Shown here piece after piece: positions 56,973 through 64,000 of a DNA stretch of 64,000 bases. Every line of letters starts with the position of its first letter. The stretch's first letter is position 1. A program made the translations under genes and the position numbers. The notes under the pieces are model-generated. The model was not told the DNA's origin and made no database searches. It saw only the letters and a list, made by a program, of their open reading frames with translations. The stretch comes from Octopus sinensis (Eukaryota). The stretch lies in assembly GCF_006345805.1 (NCBI RefSeq), contig NC_043004.1:67332001-67396000 (forward strand), read 5' to 3'.

Positions 56973-58789
56973 ACATACATACATACACATATACATATAT
57001 ATATACAAATACTTATACATATATATATATATATATATTGGTGGATTTATCTATGTATGTGTGTGTTTCTGCCTGTCCCCCCACACCGCTTGACAGCCGG
57101 TGTTGTCGTTACGTCTTCGTTGACTAGCGGTTCTGCAGAAAATAAACGATAGAATTGTATCAATACCCCGCGTTTTAAAACATAAGTACATGGAACGATT
57201 CGTTCAATGAAAATTCTTTAAGACGATACTTCAGATTAGCCGCAGTGCAATGACTGAATGAAGTAAAAAATAAAAGATTAAATGAATTTATATTTCCTTT
57301 TTTTTTTTTTGAGAAGAACTAGATGTTATGAACGTTTCCCACGAAACAGCAAATATTTGTTTACGAATGAAAAGCAATAATCACTGATTCAGAAACGTCT
57401 ATGATATCAAAATAATTGTTTGTTTTTGAAGTGTCTCGTATAGCATCAACAATGTAAAGCCATTACACGTAACTGAAATAACTGATGAAGTCACAGGTTT
57501 ATTTTTTCACTGTATAACACGTAATCCAGATAGAGCACATCGGAATGTTTAAAAAGTTCGCTTCACACTCTCGGTGAATTATGGCTCCTTGTTGCATTTT
57601 GAGAGAATATTAATATCTATAGTCTCGTCTCAACCCAAGTCTTATAAATACTTTACGTTATTTGTCTAGGAATGATAGAAGCTAAATATGACCTCGGCAG
57701 GATTTGAAATCACATTCAAAATCAAAATATTTGATATTGCGTACCATAAAAAACATTTTATCCCAAGCTCTAACGAATCTGTATGTGTGCGTATATCTGC
57801 ATGTACTTGTGTGCATGTCCAGTGTTTTTCTGGTTAGCTTATTTCTTTCCCGCTCATCCTCTGCGTGTGTGACAGTATCATCTGAGTATCATTCATAACT
57901 ATGAAATCTCACTAAACATAATAATGGCTTAAGTTTCTGGCACAATACCAGTAATATTGTGGGAGGGGACAAGACGATTACACCGACCCCAACACTCAAC
58001 TGGTATTATTATATTCACGCAATGTCTGCTGCCGTGGAATTTCAGCTGAGAACATAAATATTTCAAAATGCCCCTATGCTTTTTGCACGGCATGCCAATG
58101 GCTGTACCAGCTCAATATTTGCCATTATTTGTAATATTGGTTTATAAATTTTGGAACGAGGCCAGCATTTTCGATGAAGGAGCTCCGAAATAATGAAAGG
58201 TTGAGGCGACTATTTACATTATTTACATTATTTACATTCGGCGGATATTTGTCCTCGTCTTGTTTGTTGGTAACACAACGTCTCGGTGGATGTAGAGACT
58301 GAAAGCTAATACCACCTGGCTTGAATATAATGGCACAAGTCGATTCATATAAAGCTAAAAGTGTAGCGGAAAAGGCAGGACATGCCCTCGTGCATGAGAG
58401 GATCCAGAACAACCGTAGGAAAAAACATCAACTAAATAACGAAATCAAAGAGAGGTTATCTTAATTACTTAGTGAAATAACCAGAGATGATAGAAAGAGA
58501 ATCAAACAAGATCTGGAAAAGTCGTACATGCAAGAATCTGAAATGGTGAAGACATGTCAGATTAAGAAATTTATCCGTCGAATGAAAATAATGAAAATAA
58601 TGTACGTAATGTACATAAGTCGATTCTTTTGGAATATAAGCTCAGAGCGTAAGGACAGGCGAAATGCTGTGAAGTATTTTTCTTGGCATGCTGATGCCTT
58701 TGACAGCTCACCACCTTCTCAATAAGTGTAAGCACACCACCATAGGTTGTCACAGACGCACAAACATATACACAAACGTAAATATACAT

Positions 58790-58958
58790 ATATACGACGG
58801 GCTTCTTTCAGTTTCCATCTACCAAATCCACTCACATGGCTTTGGTCGGACCGAGGCTATAGTAGAAGACACTTGCCCGACGTGCCACCAAGTCGGACTG
58901 AATCCGGAACCATGTGGTTGGTAAGCAAGCTACTTACCACTCAGCCACTCCTGCGCCT
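58790..58958 (-). mobile_element. SINE family E (other copies at 14560-14725 -, 23812-23900 -, 52985-53110 +, 56762-56885 +)
   Basis: GCGCAGGAGTGGCTGAGTGGTAAGTAGCTTGCTTACCAACCACATGGTTCCGG...GGCAAGTGTCTTCTACTATAGCC...CCAAAGCC; multiple in-window copies align. Confidence 0.85.
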
Positions 58959-61104
58959 CTTATTATGTGTAATACTGACAGCCAACAATAAAATACAAAG
59001 CAGCTTGCACCTTTCAAAATTAGCGACCTTGAAATGTCAATAACTGAAATAAACTTGTATGAATTTGGGCAGAATACTTTTGTTTTCTGAAATAATAATG
59101 AAAATAATACAACTGTGCATTTAGCATTGGAGAAAACAATAGATATTCACGATTAGTAAAATCAGTACAGCGCCGCAGAAAGCGCTTCGGTATTAATTTG
59201 CGCCCTTTTAATTTTTTAGTTTGAAGCGATATAAATTTAACATGGTATATACCACTACTGTGTAATTAGTTATACGCTAGTGGAGTACTGAAGGCGATTA
59301 GCGTCTCTTTCCATGTCTCGGACTAAAATTGTGAGGGCTTAATTGAGAAATCCGTATGTTAAGCATGGAACTTGTGATTACAATACCTAAATACTCCTTC
59401 AGCTTGACTATTAATTAGTTAAGTATCATAGCTAACTGGTTTTGTGAATTTAGAAATTCTGAATAACGAAAATTAAACTCATAACTTGATGACGAATTGT
59501 TGTTAACAAGAGTTGAGAAGATAACCACCAAAATTTAAATTTAAACAATTAGAATTAATTAAAATCATATGAATTGACATTATAAGTTCATCATACTTCG
59601 AAATTATAATGTCATCTTTCCCTAAAAGTCCAATAGAAGTATTTGGTTATCTAAAATCTGTAGTAAATGATATTAAATAATTTACTGATGAGGTCTGATA
59701 AGACAGAACCATATCTGAAGTTGCTACGTCGATCCTAAGAATGAGAATCACGCCCCTTGTCTTTCAATGTTAATTATTTTCATACTTGTTGACTTCCTTA
59801 TGGAAAGAATATGAAAACTTTGTATTTAAGATATTTTTTTCGTTTAAAATATTACATTTAGTGTAAACAACATTCCGCTTAAATACAAAGAACCTTTGAA
59901 TTAATTAGAATGTTATTAAATTTACTCCGGTTTTCATTTTGTAAAAAAAATAGATGTTATATAAGACGATTTTAATTGCGTAAATTATCGAAATTTAGCT
60001 TGTTTTTCTCAATGCTGATTTAATAAATAATCTTTTAACATTGTGTGACTTAACATTTTCATTTCATAAATAATGTATTTCATATCCTGCAAGTTCAGTA
60101 TTTATATTATACAATATTTGTTTTTACATAGATGAGTTCCTCGCCATCATAATTCCCAGTCAAGCTTCTATTTGCATCATTAATTTGTGTATTTCTCGTT
60201 GTTTTCAAAGACACTTAACTAATAGTTTTAGCAAGAGAAATAAGCATATAAAAGTTCTATGGAATCAATTTAAATTCTCCACCCACGTTTCTTTCCAAAA
60301 CTGCATTAGCTATTAGTATCATATTTAAATTGTCTAACTATTGGTCAAATTTTAATTAACTGAAATCTTTCCTCTCACTATAATAAGTATTATAGCGCTA
60401 TTTACCTGGCTATAATAGTCGTTAATTGTTGTATATTAATTAATTTATCGTAGATTAATTGTCATAGATTAAGTAAATGTCATGCTTAAATATCATTGCA
60501 TTAAATATGTACACGTTTGTTAAATTTAGTAAGATAAGCCTAAACCGTCGAAATGTTAACTTCTACAACTTGTTCCCCGAGTACATTCGGCGATATAAAT
60601 TCAACTGCTATCTTTTGGACAATGTTTTCGATTTTCGAATAATTCTCCTTTCCGTCATATTTGTCCGACAAATTGTTTTGCTTGCTGATTCTGAATCTAA
60701 CTCTATAGGGTCTCTCAGACGAATAAACATAGATCAAAATTGGAGGAATTGTCAAATTCTACGAAACACCTAATATCAACTTCTACATGGTTCGATTCAC
60801 CACATCATTCATTTAGTGAGAGGTTAATATAAGGAAAATAAAAGGGGGAAAAAAAAACAGGAATTAATATGTGAAAAATTTAGAGTTAGGATTATTTTAA
60901 TAATCTAGTGTATCACTGTCAAACTGGTGAAATTTGGCCGGCGTTACAGTTATGTTTGTATTGGCAAAGTCATTAAAGCACCCCAAAAAGGATTTTCGGT
61001 ATTTCTTACATTCTTTGTAAATTCAAATCACGTTGAGCTCAAATTTAACTTACCAATTCCGGGGTTGATTAATAAGGTACTATTTACGATTTGAGTTTGA
61101 GTGT

Positions 61105-61333
61105 ACCTATTTCTTTATTACCCACAAGGGGCTAAACAGAGGGGGGCAAACAAGGACAGACATAGGTATTAAGTCGATTACATCGACCCCAGTGCGTAAC
61201 TGGTACTTAGTTTATCGACCCCGAAAGGATGAAAGGCAAAGTCGACCTCGGCGGAATTTGAACTCACAACGTAATGCAGACGAAATACCGCTAAGCATTT
61301 CGCCCGGCGTGCTAACGTTTCTGCCAGCTCGCC
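61105..61333 (-). mobile_element. Well-preserved family A SINE
   Basis: Near-exact reverse complement of the copy at 62005-62245. Confidence 0.92.
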
Positions 61334-61414
61334 GTGTACCGATTAATTACTTAGCTTCAAAACAGCTTGTCTTGCACAAAAATTACAAATAATTACCATT
61401 ATTTCTGACGGTGT

Positions 61415-62850
61415 TGAAGGCAGTGAGGTGGCAGAATCGTTAACACACAAGCAAAATGCTTAGCGGCATATCATCCGTCCTTACATTCTGAGTTGAAATT
61501 CCGCGGAGGTCGGCTTTGCCTTTCATCCTTTCGAGGTTGATAAATTAAATAACGTTGAAATTCTGGGGTAGATGTAATCGACTAGTTCCTTTCCACAAAA
61601 TGCCGGGCATTGTGCCTTTAGTAGGAAAGAAAGGGTTATTTCTGGTGGTGGTGCTAGCGCGACGGATACAACATCAAACAGCATTTGGGTCATTTAATAC
61701 TGACGTTCAAATCCTGCTAAGATCCAGTTTGTCATTCATCATTTTGGGGTCGATAAAATAAGTACCAGTTAAGCACTGAGATGAACGTAATCAACAAGCC
61801 CCCAACCCCGATCAATCCCCCGCCTTCTCCCAGATTTTCAAGCCTTGTGCTACCAGCAGAAAGGAAATGATTGTTACGCTTTTAGGTGACGAACCGGAAG
61901 AGTTGTCACCGCGGCAGAGAAATTGTTTACTGGCATTTCTCCCGAGTTCGCTGAGGTCAAAATTGCATTTCATCATTTCAGGGAGAATAATATAAGTAAC
62001 AGCAATGCGGCGAGCTGGCAGAAACGTTAGCACGCCTGGCGAAATGCTTAGATGTATTTCGTCTGCCGATACGTTCTGAGTTCAAATTCCACCGAGGTCG
62101 ACTTTGCCTTTGATCCTTTCGGGGTCGATTAAATAAGTACCAGTTACGCACTGGGGTCGATATAATCGCCTTAATCCGTTTGTCTGTCCTTGTTTGTCCT
62201 CTCTGTGTTTAGCCCTTTGTGGGTAGTAAAAAAATAGGTATTTCTTCTGTCTTTAAGTTCTGAGTTCAAATTCCATCGAGTTCGACCTTGCTTTTCATCC
62301 TTTTGGGTCAATAAATTGAGTACCAGTTCCCAAATACGGTCGATCTCAATCGACTAGTCCCCTCCGCAAAAATTTCGAGCCCTGTGCCTAGAGTAGAGAA
62401 GTTTATGTTCTGAGTTCAAATTCCGCTATGGTCGACTTTGCCTTTCAGCTTTTTGGGGTGGATAAAGTACCACTTCTGTAGTGGAGTAAGTCTAATCGAC
62501 TGTCCCTCTCCCACAGAATTTCCGGCCTTGTGCCTAGAATAGAAAAGTTTATTTTGTGAGCTCAAATTCCGCCGAGGTCGATGTTGCATTTCATCCTTAA
62601 CAGGTCAATAAATCAAGTACCAGTTGTGTACTTGGTCGATCTAATCGACTGGCCCACTCCCACAAAATTTCCAGCCTTATGCTAGAATAGGCACAATTTA
62701 TGTTCTGAGTTCAAATTCTGCCGAGGTCGATTTTGCCTTTCATCCTTCAGAGCTCGTTAAATTAAGTGCCAGTTGTGTACAGGGTTCGCTCCAATCGACT
62801 GTCCCTATCCCTAATAATATCGGGCCTCGTGCCTAGAGTAGAAAAGAATA
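61415..62850 (+). mobile_element. Family A SINE cluster ending in a tandem array of headless ~148-bp bodies
   Basis: The TGAG(T/C)TCAAATTC anchor recurs at 62077, 62261, 62411, 62557 and 62706. Confidence 0.9.
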
Positions 62851-64000
62851 CAAAAAACAGCCGAGTAATCAGATTAAGTTAATTGACGCTCAATCTGCTT
62901 TCAAATTGCCACCTCTGTGCCTGAATCCGGTGTTTATTGATGTTTCTGATACCGTATATTTCATAGATGTTAAATGTTCTTTTTGTTGTCGCTTATGTCG
63001 TGACCTTCCGGTTATGTTTGTTCACCAGAATGTAGGCCTTACAGCGTTTATATTTCAATTGTCTTATTTTACCTTATTTCACTCAATCGTATTCTTAATT
63101 AGAGTGCAAATTATTCAACATACATTCTTCGACTTCCATTTTCCAACCTATATTCCACCTATGTTCTTCCATATTATTTTATTTCATTCCATTTATTTAT
63201 TTTATTTAATTATTTACTTTATTTATTCTTCGATTCTATTCTCTTTCCGATATAAAACAAGGAAAGAAAATGCAGATTTCCTTTTTTTTCTTTTCTTTTG
63301 CTTGCTCTTTCTGTTGTTATTGTTGTTGTTGATGTCACAATTGTTGTAGATGTTGTTGCTCTAACTGCTACTGTTTTTGTTGATTTTACAAAGATTCCAA
63401 TCTCTTTGAAACAGAAAATTTGATGATGATGATGATGTCGACGGGGAGGATGAGGAGGAAGACGTCGACGACGTCGACAATGATGACGACGATAATCGTG
63501 AAGATGATGATGATGATAAAATCGATGGCTTTCATGATGTTTGGATCAGGCCAAAGATGATGATGATGTTCATGTCAGTGATGGTGATGATGGTGACAGT
63601 GATGAGGATGAGGATGATGATAATGATGATGATGGCTGTGGTTGTGGTGGTGGTGGTAGTGATGGTGGTGGTGATACTATACTTCGTTTGCCATTGATTT
63701 GTTTTTTTTTCATAGACATTGATGTTACTGTTGCTATTGTTGTTTTCGTTGTTGTTGCTTTTGGTGTTGTTGTTGTCGTTGTTGTTGTTGCTGCTGCTAC
63801 TGTTGTTGTTATTGTTGTTGTTGATGTTGTTATCACACATAACTCCAGGTTATGAAACAAAACAAAGGGACAAACGAAGGCATAAGTTCTTCTTTTTGGC
63901 ATTGTTTTCCAAGCTGTTGTTTACGAAACCTATTCTTGTTGTTGCTAACTTCGAAGATGATGATGATGACGATGATGACGACGATGAAGATTATGAAGCT

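Noticed and set aside
60132-60245. Signal-peptide-like frame MSSSPS*FPVKLLFASLICVFLVVF after a strong acceptor
   Set aside because: Two in-frame TAA stops and no donor support.

Overview
Eukaryotic, AT-rich, repeat-saturated animal genomic DNA. The SINE families and microsatellite load look like octopus (coleoid cephalopod); this is my recall, not a database result. Most of the window is microsatellite ((TA)n, (CA)n, (GATA)n, (AAT)n, (GAT)n) and at least five tRNA-like SINE families. It also holds decayed retroelements (one Penelope-like element with an internally inverted RT fragment, two R4/Dong-like RLE LINE remnants), Tc1/mariner remnants and a MITE, and a 100-N scaffold gap at 52075-52174. 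Nearly all ORFs in the supplied track are microsatellite artefacts, and I recognise no named host gene. By hand I found candidate spliced exons; the best chain is a phase-consistent + strand series at 6939-15315. The clearest non-obvious signal is a minimal hammerhead ribozyme on the minus strand (11477-11521), downstream of a CCAAT/TATA-like promoter in the Penelope-like terminal region, with three further degenerate hammerhead-like motifs elsewhere. Also notable are a near-perfect ~220-bp inverted duplication (34694-36474), SINE module shuffling, SINE-derived tandem arrays and a CpG-rich island at ~36.7-37.0 kb. I saw no CRISPR, rRNA or intact tRNA gene.
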